From assembly GCA_000002435.2 (NCBI GenBank), contig CM018790.1: 64,000 bases of DNA, one strand, 5' to 3'. The notes under the pieces were generated by a model. That model did no database searches. It was given only the letters and a program-made list of their open reading frames with translations, and was not told the DNA's origin. The position numbers were made by a program, and so were the translations under genes. This document shows positions 41,201-49,950 of this stretch, piece by piece. The stretch's first letter is position 1, and each line of letters starts with the position of its first letter. Source of the stretch: Giardia intestinalis. Taxonomy: Eukaryota.

Positions 41201-41487
41201 ATCTAGCTACTAACTCGCTTCTTGGCGATGAACCAGATAAGCTGGGGGCCTTTTTGACCATGGGCAACCCAGGGAGAGAATGCCTCCCTAAAATACTGGG
41301 CGGAATCATGGGCACACCGGTGCGCCTACCAGCGTCAAGACAAAGAAATCCGTCAAGGCAATCATGGGAAGAAAAAGCTCTTCGGCGGCTATCCCATGCT
41401 AGAGCAGAAGATCCCGCTACCAAATCAACAATCGACAACACCGAAAAGGTTCTGCGAGAGGCTGAAAAAGCTATTCACCAAGACTAA
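38266..41487 (+). CDS. Long coiled-coil protein (hypothetical)
   Basis: 1073-aa ORF whose N-terminal two-thirds are strongly heptad/charged (K/E/L/Q-rich). Its ATG at 38266-38268 overlaps the ATG of the divergent upstream gene. An alternative start is M21 (MAELRLS, 38326). Confidence 0.55.
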   Translation: MRWRVGRRNQGLRFIKSLFGMAELRLSIPPAVLQQMVALAAEITIIENGLAQALTLADRTRFRTSTELTNYLSHKLDKHFYTTVSQRIGFQRAAFLSASAAMKETADTCFEDWGSTIDSFKRGVEKIPVLQAEIKSFTSTTEHGLQEDLKDIKTINQSLINQEKEAHSLLTERIAALQQKTLETIKPVGSLHSTIDATKDELRHLKYQQRLRSQANEDKFSSLRSALDKGNFQAIRRDRVFKQAESDILEKLNPLLFHHMSEESNSSKEQLRNLHTTISTQLSTLRDWENKLNAMASIFTRDHYTTVKKPVERSIESMRTEIVAQQERVILDLRSIRDELNSAYLEHKRGTELIRKVKIEMDTMKQKWHQSIDLLKKKYMLNDLEELRRIYEKEIPEASRSKAFELCADAETTLASTEQAVKMWSDLMAQRVESEDAKMKKMEQTLNRLLSELILTTHTRSLGIDELNRRLSHKAFELTQLVGTRMDDAQFKQKLAEKVSKSDTDIAFGVYCPAEHEEQVIPQPPRGRINASNSYRPQSANNINKKVWSDKKIAEDSRLLREYQNQCALKSEDFSFIKYFTTAIMNEKSGLMSDPSLADTESTIYAGPHGNAVLDSDHVATHVLQVSPSLVQQRVAASLALREASQKSISSPLPLSVPSAMPASSKEQIRLRPGTEALFPKEKTASTVSLTNIYMAESASASPTEATSQHQRLNHTGRNLRGRRSYHARIAQTILNANEDLNKLTDSIAKAERDLEEAESKRAINADLTGIRVRTRATSEGISSRHQQVMSVPSSVHGRSRSGKVVSAGTETSLLHEDDKAVIFTTSDINPEVLAYSKSESKDNYRAQRYPDGINPRTGLFEEISPFEYQQPRVKHSTVTKSTPSLPAMPEELVIVSHTLGKDQNRQRQQLNARRTVRSAVPVGEQYLLKQCEPPLTTSMDDIYVESVNTNKESGLTSAEANKLPRAYSANAALKAKRDLATNSLLGDEPDKLGAFLTMGNPGRECLPKILGGIMGTPVRLPASRQRNPSRQSWEEKALRRLSHARAEDPATKSTIDNTEKVLREAEKAIHQD

Positions 41488-41505
41488 ATCTGAGGTGAAA
41501 AATAA

Positions 41506-41925
41506 ATGCCCCCTGTCATTGCTTCGAACTTTGCTGTGAGCGGAGCGAACGATTATGTGACCACATCCAATGGCAGTGACTCCCGCCTGGACTGCACAGT
41601 TCCTTCTATTGCTCCAGCCGTTGACTTGGAAGGTTATGAGGGTACTACGTGGAGAGCCTGCGAAGATCTATCCAAAAGCGATCTAGTAAGTCCTCTGCGG
41701 ATTTTTGATGAAATACCACTGGCATCGATGCCACTAGTACGGATATTGTCGCCGGAATCTTTCTACCGTTCTTGCTTCAAAACAACCACGTCTATCACCT
41801 CTCCTAAGCCTCCCGCACGGCAAAGAAGCATGCTTCCAGACGATAGCGACGTCTCAGACATAACGTATGGTCACCAAAAGAACCGCCTCCCAGATCTATC
41901 ATGGCGCTTCAAGCCTATTCTTTAG
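41506..41925 (+). CDS. Small hypothetical protein (139 aa), weak support
   Basis: ATG-initiated ORF. Its 3' end overlaps the convergent gene 41899..42693. Confidence 0.25.
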   Translation: MPPVIASNFAVSGANDYVTTSNGSDSRLDCTVPSIAPAVDLEGYEGTTWRACEDLSKSDLVSPLRIFDEIPLASMPLVRILSPESFYRSCFKTTTSITSPKPPARQRSMLPDDSDVSDITYGHQKNRLPDLSWRFKPIL

Positions 41926-42693
41926 CCTCTCCAACTGCCTTTTCAAGGCCAGATATTTGTAGATCTTGTCACCATATCTGTCTAGGTTGTCTCCGAAATA
42001 CTCTAAATGGCGTCTCATCTGACCTAGTAGATCAGCAGATTTCCTTAACGCGTCTATTAGTCCAGCAGAAAATGCTCTCAAACCACCACTACACTTCTTT
42101 TCAATTCCTTCCGCAACGGCGATACGCGAACGGCAGAGCAGATGCTGAAGACTAAGCAGCTGCTTGCCGTATTCCTGCCGTAGAACACTATAATCGAGTG
42201 TCTCCATAACCTTTGCGGTTCCAATCTTTTGTAAACAAGCCTCTAATGTAGTCGTTATAAGCCTGGTGCGTTCATCGTTAATTTCTGCCTCGAGACTGTG
42301 AAGATCAAGTCGGGCCTGGTCGAGGCTTTGAGAAAGGGTAGAGTGCCAGTTAACCATCCGCTGCGTATGCATCTCTGGAGCTGTGACGGGCTGCCCCATC
42401 TGCGAAGAGAGATCGGAGGCAATCTTCAAATACCTTGGTAGTCGAAGAATCTGCTTTTGGATAAAGTTGAAGACATACTCGCTGTCCTCCAGTATGTCAT
42501 AGTGCTTAAAATGCTGTCCAATAAGTGTAGATCGCAAGGATACAAGCTCTGCCAACTTCTGCATTTCCTGCTCGTGTTTGTACTTGAGTTCATCTAGATC
42601 TTTGTGCGCACATACAAGCTTTGCGTTTAGTGCATCTATAATATTAGAAACGAGAGGGTGAGAAGCAGTGAATCCATCTGCCTGCCTCAGCAT
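41899..42693 (-). CDS. Coiled-coil hypothetical protein (264 aa)
   Basis: ATG at 42691-42693. Helical, Leu/Glu/Lys-rich sequence. Confidence 0.45.
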   Translation of the reverse strand: MLRQADGFTASHPLVSNIIDALNAKLVCAHKDLDELKYKHEQEMQKLAELVSLRSTLIGQHFKHYDILEDSEYVFNFIQKQILRLPRYLKIASDLSSQMGQPVTAPEMHTQRMVNWHSTLSQSLDQARLDLHSLEAEINDERTRLITTTLEACLQKIGTAKVMETLDYSVLRQEYGKQLLSLQHLLCRSRIAVAEGIEKKCSGGLRAFSAGLIDALRKSADLLGQMRRHLEYFGDNLDRYGDKIYKYLALKRQLERLKNRLEAP

Positions 42694-42725
42694 GTTATTT
42701 TTACGTTTGGCTCTCCACCAGTAAC

Positions 42726-43784
42726 CTAGTAGACATCATCGTACTCCGGGGCCTGCTTTCTACGCCCGAGGTAACAGAGGCCGTCGACAAAGTCATTCAG
42801 GCTGTTCCCGGAGTGTCCCTTAACATGGACGAACTTTACTGTTCGGGATTGCATTTCAGCATAAATCCAGAGCAGAAGATCTTTGTTGAGAGGCTTTGCA
42901 TTTATGATATCTTTTCTATTAGGGTTTTGAGGGCAAAGCAACCCTTTTTTCTTCCACTGAGTAAGCCATACCCTGCAGCAATTGATTGCATACTGCGAGT
43001 CGGAGTATATGTGCAGAACGCTGCCCTGTGGGACGTTGAGCAAGGCACACAGGATACCCCGCAGCTCCATGCGATTATTAGTAGTGGATTTGTAACTGCG
43101 CGCAAACACATGCATCTCAGTAGCATTGAACAGCAGGCAGCCCCAGCCACCTGGGCCACCTGCACTGGGGGTTGAACCTCCATCTGTGAAGGCAACATAA
43201 TCCGGCGTACCGCTATCACTAAGGCTACTATTAGTGCCAGCTCTAGTTACAGAATTTGCTGATGCGGGGTTCTCTTTCCAAGCTCTTTCAGTGGCCTCCA
43301 TATGAAGCTTGGCTTCTGTGTAGCGTGCAAGATAATCTCTAGGAGATCCATTAGTGCTTTCTTCCAGAAATTTGAAGTGTGTGTCCGGTGCCAGGACTTT
43401 GGCCATGTCGACTAAATCGGCAGCCGACTTTCCATAAAACATGTCATAGCTCACAGGGGCAGCAGGCTCTGTGAATAAGCGCACAGCGTCATGAAGAGTG
43501 GTTGTTTTACTCTTTCTCTTTGACGGTAAAATATTGGCCTTTTTATCGCGAGAAGAGCCCTTGGAAACCTTGACAGATTTGTCCTTCGCTCTAATCTTCA
43601 CGTGCTCTGGGTCAATGTCTTTGTACCACCCAGAAGAAAATGGCTCGTCAGGGGTTCTGAACTTTTTGACTGTCAAGCCAGAAACTCCAGAAACGAGCTG
43701 TTTGACATAGTTCCAAGAGTATCCAATGTAGATCACGTTGGAACTACCGCGAGCGGCATAAACAGATTCAGCAGCAGGGTCCAT
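42726..43784 (-). CDS. Ribonuclease H1 with N-terminal hybrid-binding domain
   Basis: The C-terminal domain carries the RNase H motifs: ...GWGCLLF..., NNRMELRGILCAL (cf. TNNRAELTA), IYSDSQYAINCCRVWLTQWKKKG (cf. TDSQYV....W...W...GW), HVKGHSGNSLNDFVDGL (cf. GHSG..GNE.AD.LA). The N-terminal region YAARGSSNVIYIGYSWNYVKQLVSGVSG..KKF.T..E matches the HBD fold. The track start at 43835 is TTG, so I call the start at the first ATG (MDPAAESVY, 43782-43784). Confidence 0.8.
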   Translation of the reverse strand: MDPAAESVYAARGSSNVIYIGYSWNYVKQLVSGVSGLTVKKFRTPDEPFSSGWYKDIDPEHVKIRAKDKSVKVSKGSSRDKKANILPSKRKSKTTTLHDAVRLFTEPAAPVSYDMFYGKSAADLVDMAKVLAPDTHFKFLEESTNGSPRDYLARYTEAKLHMEATERAWKENPASANSVTRAGTNSSLSDSGTPDYVAFTDGGSTPSAGGPGGWGCLLFNATEMHVFARSYKSTTNNRMELRGILCALLNVPQGSVLHIYSDSQYAINCCRVWLTQWKKKGLLCPQNPNRKDIINAKPLNKDLLLWIYAEMQSRTVKFVHVKGHSGNSLNDFVDGLCYLGRRKQAPEYDDVY

Positions 43785-43834
43785 TGAAAGGGGACAAATG
43801 GAAGCAACTGCTAAAAAAGCAGCACTAAAAAACA

Positions 43835-45055
43835 ATGACGATCGCCCTTGCTCCCCTGGTCACAAAAAAGGACTGGCACGCGGTATCTGAGTCACTACAC
43901 ACCTTAGCATCATCGCCAGAGATGTACAAGGAGGACAGGGCTGGCTCACAAACTGACTTCCAGGGAATTCTTGAGTGTATCAAGGACTGTACACATGCTC
44001 TCGATAAGGTGGCTTTGGCCCATTTTTATGCAATCTACGTTCGATCGCTTCCTTTGTCTGAGGCTCTTGAGTTCGTTGAGAAGGAACGGGCTGTCTTTAA
44101 CCATCATCCAGAAGCCTTATCCGTGATAATTGCTCTGCAGTACCTTCTGTACACAGCGGAACTGGACCCCGTTACCCTTGAGCATGCTATGGCGTTCTCC
44201 TACGAGCGTCAACTGCTCGAGAGCCTGTCTTCTGGTGTATTCTCAGTGTCTTCATACGCCGAAATGATGGCCTTGGAGGCCGCAATTCGCTATGCCATCG
44301 TGGAGCACCGCTTCTACGACATCTATCTATTTTATCAGAAAATGGTTCAGATAGCCATTACGACCCCTTGGGCATACAGTATACTTAGTAACTACTTCTG
44401 CATTGCTGTATGCTCATCGTTCTGTATTTGTGACCATCCCATCGACCTGCTGAGCCTAGTCTATAACGTGTCAGGAAAGAAGAATGCAGAGCACCCGTGC
44501 ACGTGTGCCGATACAGACATAACCGGTAGCACAACCGATAACAATAATAGAGGCATCTGCTGTGGTAGCCCATATTGCATTTCAATGGACTCCATGCTAT
44601 CATCTCACTTTCCACTCAAGGAAACACCGGCCCATAATCTTTTGCTCCAGGTCACTGAGGGTATAGTGCCCAGTGATAGTGAGCTTCCAAAGGACGCAAA
44701 GTACGGGGTTAACTTCTTGTCAGTCAAAGACGGAATCCGCAGACAGGCCCTTCAGCACCGCTTCTGCAAGCTTTTGTATGATGCATCCCTGGCAAAGCGT
44801 AACAATTACCCCTACAGAGACCTTATGGACTCTCTTGAATTACCGAGTGTTCTAGACTTGGAGAGGTTTATATTGGACGCTATGAGGGCAAACCTTCTTG
44901 TGGGGACCTTAAACACGGTCTCGCAAACACTGACAGTGTCCATCATCCAAGCGCGGACAGTGTCGTCCAAGCAAGTCGTAGTCTTCAGCAAGCGCCTTCA
45001 GGAGTGGGCAGACAGAGTGGCGCATTGCCGATCCGTTTTAGATGAGTGCATGTAA
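43835..45055 (+). CDS. PCI-domain protein (proteasome lid / CSN / eIF3-type subunit)
   Basis: Helical N-terminal region. The C-terminal winged-helix-like segment LDLERFILDAMRANLLVGTLNTVSQTLTVSII resembles PCI C-termini. ATG at 43835. Confidence 0.4.
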   Translation: MTIALAPLVTKKDWHAVSESLHTLASSPEMYKEDRAGSQTDFQGILECIKDCTHALDKVALAHFYAIYVRSLPLSEALEFVEKERAVFNHHPEALSVIIALQYLLYTAELDPVTLEHAMAFSYERQLLESLSSGVFSVSSYAEMMALEAAIRYAIVEHRFYDIYLFYQKMVQIAITTPWAYSILSNYFCIAVCSSFCICDHPIDLLSLVYNVSGKKNAEHPCTCADTDITGSTTDNNNRGICCGSPYCISMDSMLSSHFPLKETPAHNLLLQVTEGIVPSDSELPKDAKYGVNFLSVKDGIRRQALQHRFCKLLYDASLAKRNNYPYRDLMDSLELPSVLDLERFILDAMRANLLVGTLNTVSQTLTVSIIQARTVSSKQVVVFSKRLQEWADRVAHCRSVLDECM

Positions 45056-45311
45056 ATCTAGCCCCGATGGTCCAATCTTTTTTTCCAGTCTTTTTTTTTG
45101 TAATTGTGGCTTCAATCTTAGTAAATAATTTTAATTGCTCCCTCATTAACTCTGATGGGAAGCAGTGTGTGTACAAGGGTATAGCGAAGATAGTGAGTAG
45201 CCGGCATGATCGTAGCATCATTTGAACATCAGTTGCATAAGTAGCTGGGGTTGAGGCTTTCATCTCTAGTTAGCAACCTTAAATGATTGGGAATTTTACT
45301 CAAAAAGTTAA

Positions 45312-46709
45312 ATGATCACCATTGAGACAGAACTGATCAACAGTACCATTGACGCCCTCAAGGAACTCATTTCTCGGCCCCCTCTCACTGAGAAATTGCT
45401 GTCTCGGCCTCCTTTCAAATACATTCTTGACATCTGCAAAGCGGTATCTGCAGCCACTGGCTTCCCATCTCCAGAATCTTGCAACTACGATGACATAACA
45501 GATAGGGAGGAGCGCACTGCCTTTTTAACTTCTATAATTGGCCAGATCACTGATCAACTAGGCGTCCCCGTTGACGTTCAAATTAAGTCTATCTTGGCCG
45601 GCAAAGACGTTCCGAAGACACTCCGGATGTTGGTTATGTTGGCACAGGCAGCAAAGTTGTTCAAAGTAAGATCTAATTCCTCCCAACCTCCACCACAGCA
45701 AGCTCCCAGAGAGACGGTTGCCTCTCCCCCGCAAGAAGATTTGGAAGCTCTTGCACGCGAGAAGGCTGAGAAGGAGCGCCAAAGAAGAGAACAAGAGCAG
45801 CAGGAACGTGAACGAAAAGAGCGAGAGCGTCAGGAAAAGGAACGTGAAGAAAGAGAAAAACATGAGTTAGAATCACGTGAACGGGCGGAAGCAGAGCAGT
45901 GGAAGCAGAAGCAGCAGCAGCAGCAACAACAACAGCAATCTGCTATCTCTCCTCAGAAGAGCCCTCCTAAGGTGCGCTTTGCTGACGATGACAAGACTAG
46001 AGTAGAAGAACACCAGCCCGTCATTGAGCGTCCGCATTTTAATAGGCCTCCTCCCTCTCAGCACTCTCGTCGCATGGCAGTAACAGCAACTTCGGAGCCG
46101 AGCGCACCCCAGCCCTCTGCCATGCGTCTGGTCAAAGTCGTCAGAGAAGAAAGTTCCGACGAAAGCAATCAAGACCTCAATCAAAACGCGGGCCAGGACG
46201 GCGGGTTTACAATGGGGCTTGACGCTGAATGGTGCGATGAAATGCTACCTGGTGAGTTTCCTTTGGATACTGGGGCGCCGGCACCCTCCAGCACTCATGG
46301 AGAGCTAGTGGCAAACATACTTGATACTGCAGAAGCATATAATGTGGCCCTGCACGGAGATGGTTCGAAAAAGCCCACGGGCTTGTCTACACAAAGAGAC
46401 AAGAAACCCATTGACTCTTATAGCCAACCCGTTCAGAAGCTCATCTCTCATATTTCAGCGATCATTAGAAAGTCTGTTCCTTACGCTAAGCACACTGCAT
46501 TCCTTGACGAACATATATTGACTATGCGGACAGAACTTCATACTGCCTCGGAAGCAGTTACAAAGTTGCTATCCACCAGTTTGAAACAAGAAAGCTCTCT
46601 CAAGCAAGCCAATAATGCTTGCGAGTCGAAGCTACACAGCCTTAAGGAGCAAATATATAGTCTTCGGCAAGCGCAGCTGGAGCTCCTCCATAGCACACTT
46701 GCGCTCTAG
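45312..46709 (+). CDS. IFT54: Intraflagellar transport protein IFT54 (TRAF3IP1/MIP-T3/Elipsa homolog)
   Basis: The N-terminus ...[23 protein letters not shown] matches the conserved MIP-T3/IFT54 N-terminal domain ([22 protein letters not shown]) almost residue-for-residue. It is followed by an RE/K-rich charged tract and polyQ, then a C-terminal coiled coil, as in IFT54. Confidence 0.85.
   Translation: [465 protein letters not shown]
45901..45945 (+). repeat. CAG/CAA polyglutamine-coding microsatellite inside IFT54
   Basis: cagaagcagcagcagcagcaacaacaacagcaa encodes [11 protein letters not shown]. Confidence 0.7.
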
Positions 46710-46794
46710 TCAGGGACAGGAGTGCGCTTTGATCGGCGAGTTGTCGGATCTCCTTTAAAAAGTAAAAAAATCGGTTTTTTGACTTTTTCAACCC

Positions 46795-49700
46795 ATGCTG
46801 CTTCCGGAGCGACAGATCATTCTGGTTCATAAGGACACATTTTTAATTTTTCTTGTGTTCTCAGGCGGCTATGCAACTTACATGCTTTATAAATCCTGTA
46901 GCGTCCATTTCGGTATAAGTGAGGCACATGAACCAACCACCTTCTACGAGTTAGAATATCATCAGGATGCGCAAATGACTTGCCAGCAGATTCAAAACAC
47001 CAATCCTCGAGATCGGTTCATTGAGCTCAGTGCATTTTTTCCGGCACATGAGACGCATGTGCTTGGTTTGACGGAGACATATGCTGTTCCGATCGAGCGT
47101 AACCTCCTCCACAAGATGTTTAGCTCTATACTACCCATTATTGACGTTAGCAAGCCGAATTTTGTGCCGCCGTCACCCGCAGCGCCATCTTCGCCACGCC
47201 GGAAACTGAATCTACCTGTTGCCAAAGTTGCAATGAACGCCAAAGCAAAGTTAAAGGGCAAGCTACAGGAGGATCCGCACTTGCCCAAGATACCAGACGA
47301 CTGCTCGGTGCTCCAGTACTCTATTGAGAAGAACTTAGTGGATATCCAGAATGAAGATGTAAGCCAGGATGATATCAATATACCGAGAGTTGTCTCGAAG
47401 TCCAGTCTGCCTACCCTTGCTCAGGTTCAGCAGGGAGGCCCGTTAGCCGTTTCTGCTCCAACCCCCAGTGTATTGCTTAGTATCCCAAGGGGCGACACCC
47501 CGCAGTCGTGCTTTGCATCTGTTCGGTCCGCTATATCAACTACGGTAATGAGCGCCATCTCTAGTGTGAGGACAAACAGAATTGGTCAAAGGTTGGGTTT
47601 GAATAAGGAAACTGAAAGCAACGACAGTTTGACTAACAGCAGTCAATCCACCACTTCAGGAGTCGCCAGCAATACGTTCTCGACCACCTCGCCCAATAAA
47701 GCCTATCCAGATATTAGACGCTCGATGACTGAAGCCACTTTGACTGGGGCCCTCTTGGATAGTACAGGCAATCTTTTAGTCTTTTCAAATTTTTACAAGC
47801 GTAATTTTGTTCTGCGACTACCACAAGGGACAGGTAGCGCACTCTCGTTTGGCATATGCAATCAATATGTGCCGGGCAATCCTGCAACTCTCAAGAAGCT
47901 TACATTTAGGCTTAGAATGGTTACCTTTCCGGTTATCAACTACTCAAATTGCTGCCTATTCGCCTCTGAGATGATTTTGAACTTTCATCACGCAACCCTA
48001 ACCACGTTTCTCCTTACAGAGACCGCGCACCTCAAGTACTCGTTCCCCTCTATCATTGCAGCCGATAAGAACACTATAGATAGCTCTATAGATTATTTAT
48101 ATAAGCAAGACTTCAAAGTAATAAGCAAAGCCCTTCTCACAGAGCCCAAAGACCTTATACATCGATACTACTTTTTCAAGGTGAATCCGCAAGATCCAGA
48201 GTTCTTATCGGTCCATGATTATTCATCAGCTACCATCTTTATTCAAAAGCAGCTTACCAAGAGGCTGGCAACAGACTTTTTGGTGGGGTGTGCTGCTCTT
48301 TCTGTCCATAGCATTCCAAAGATATATCTTCCAGACCTGTCTCTACTCAAGGACCAGGAGCAAGAAGAGCTGAAGCCGGCAGAACCTCCTAAACTAACAT
48401 TTGGTTCTTCTCCATCTCATCCCAAGAACACAGATAGTCCTAACAGCAAGTGCGTCGATAACGATGCAGAGACCCAGGACAGCAATATGAGCACAGTCTA
48501 TAGTCTAAGCGCTCAGAGCTATGCTGATTTCGAAATGCTGAAGAGCAATGGTATTGTCTTACCGACCTCAGTCTCTACCAAACCACTAACAGGTCTTGAT
48601 GCACTCCACGCCTGTCACAAATCTTTACTCAGTATCCTTACTCATCAACGGTCATACTTTCTCGGCGTTTTCCCCATGCGCCCTTTTACCCTCAGCTACA
48701 CTGACCCTCGGAAGATCATGACCACTTGCGACAAGAAGACCCTCTACACCATCAACATTCTAATAGAGCCTGCTGATACCGCAACTAAGGAGAGCATAGG
48801 GCACACGCTTCGGTCATTGCCGTCGCTAAGTAGCTCAATCAACCCCAACATAAGCACATATCTAATTCTTACATTCCCAAAAGACAAGGTGCTAGGAACA
48901 ATAGTCAACTCTGCATACGGTGACCACAATATTGCCGGGGTTTATGTATACAACAAGCACAGCGAGCACATCACCCAGACGCTGGAGCGGACATTTAGTA
49001 CATTCAGCATCCTTGACCCGGTATCCAAACGGCGATCTCTTAGCAATCTTCAGTCCCTCCTCCCAGAGTACTGCGCCCTTTCCTTTGGCTCTAACACGAA
49101 ACAGCTCATAGCCTCCACCATCAGCAGCGACAGTAATTCGGGAATGGCCCATGACGATGACGACGATAACGATACGACTGTCGATGCAGACGATGTCACC
49201 AACGTGGTGTTCAGTCAGTTTCTCCACCAGGACCTCTACGACCATGGGCTATCGCCCACTGTCACAGGAGAGACGCGGCACCTGCTGGAACTGCATTTGG
49301 AACGCTTGGTAGAGAACATTTATTCTCTCGTATATGCTAAGATATATAATAGCGTCATTTCAGCGCTGAACTGCAACTTCTTGATCAATTTCACCGGGTG
49401 CAGCAGCGTTGGTAAAACAGAACTGGTGGACTCGTTTTTGGGAGCAGATGGCGCAGCCTGTATTCAGGAATCTTCATACACAAGCCTAGAGCGCGTGCAC
49501 GCTTACCTGGATGGCAATTTTAACCACCCTTTTGTCATTGACCATGAGGACTTGCTTCGTGAGCTGGTGAAGTACCGTTTGAAGTGTGTACGAGATGGAT
49601 GTTTGTTCAGTCTCTACGAGGGGAACCTGTCTGTGTACAACCCGTCTGTTCTTGACAAAGCGGAGCGATCCCTTGTATTACACCTTCATACAAATCAGGC

Positions 49701-49950
49701 CACTGCTCACTACAGGAAGTATCAGCAGTCGCTGCGTGCAAACGGGAACAAGACCTTCATTAATCAGATATGGCCATGCTATGTGTGGTACAGAGACAAT
49801 GTTTTGTCGGCTGCAAAGAAGTATATCAGCATCCTCAACTATGACACAACGCAGCACAAGCCCGAGGAAACCTACTCGTATCTGATGTACCTATTGGGGC
49901 GCATTGTGGATGCCCACAATCAAAACACCTCCAAGGGCTCGTTAGTGTAG
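46795..49950 (+). CDS. Large hypothetical protein (1051 aa) with a cryptic Walker-A-like motif near the C-terminus
   Basis: ATG at 46795. GCSSVGKT (GxxxxGKT) at 49396-49419. Nothing else recognisable. Confidence 0.5.
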   Translation: MLLPERQIILVHKDTFLIFLVFSGGYATYMLYKSCSVHFGISEAHEPTTFYELEYHQDAQMTCQQIQNTNPRDRFIELSAFFPAHETHVLGLTETYAVPIERNLLHKMFSSILPIIDVSKPNFVPPSPAAPSSPRRKLNLPVAKVAMNAKAKLKGKLQEDPHLPKIPDDCSVLQYSIEKNLVDIQNEDVSQDDINIPRVVSKSSLPTLAQVQQGGPLAVSAPTPSVLLSIPRGDTPQSCFASVRSAISTTVMSAISSVRTNRIGQRLGLNKETESNDSLTNSSQSTTSGVASNTFSTTSPNKAYPDIRRSMTEATLTGALLDSTGNLLVFSNFYKRNFVLRLPQGTGSALSFGICNQYVPGNPATLKKLTFRLRMVTFPVINYSNCCLFASEMILNFHHATLTTFLLTETAHLKYSFPSIIAADKNTIDSSIDYLYKQDFKVISKALLTEPKDLIHRYYFFKVNPQDPEFLSVHDYSSATIFIQKQLTKRLATDFLVGCAALSVHSIPKIYLPDLSLLKDQEQEELKPAEPPKLTFGSSPSHPKNTDSPNSKCVDNDAETQDSNMSTVYSLSAQSYADFEMLKSNGIVLPTSVSTKPLTGLDALHACHKSLLSILTHQRSYFLGVFPMRPFTLSYTDPRKIMTTCDKKTLYTINILIEPADTATKESIGHTLRSLPSLSSSINPNISTYLILTFPKDKVLGTIVNSAYGDHNIAGVYVYNKHSEHITQTLERTFSTFSILDPVSKRRSLSNLQSLLPEYCALSFGSNTKQLIASTISSDSNSGMAHDDDDDNDTTVDADDVTNVVFSQFLHQDLYDHGLSPTVTGETRHLLELHLERLVENIYSLVYAKIYNSVISALNCNFLINFTGCSSVGKTELVDSFLGADGAACIQESSYTSLERVHAYLDGNFNHPFVIDHEDLLRELVKYRLKCVRDGCLFSLYEGNLSVYNPSVLDKAERSLVLHLHTNQATAHYRKYQQSLRANGNKTFINQIWPCYVWYRDNVLSAAKKYISILNYDTTQHKPEETYSYLMYLLGRIVDAHNQNTSKGSLV

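Noticed and set aside
45873-46184. Antisense 103-aa ORF with a poly-Leu run inside IFT54
   Set aside because: It is the reverse-complement reading of the IFT54 polyQ (CAG/CAA) tract and surrounding sequence. It is entirely contained in a well-supported gene on the other strand.
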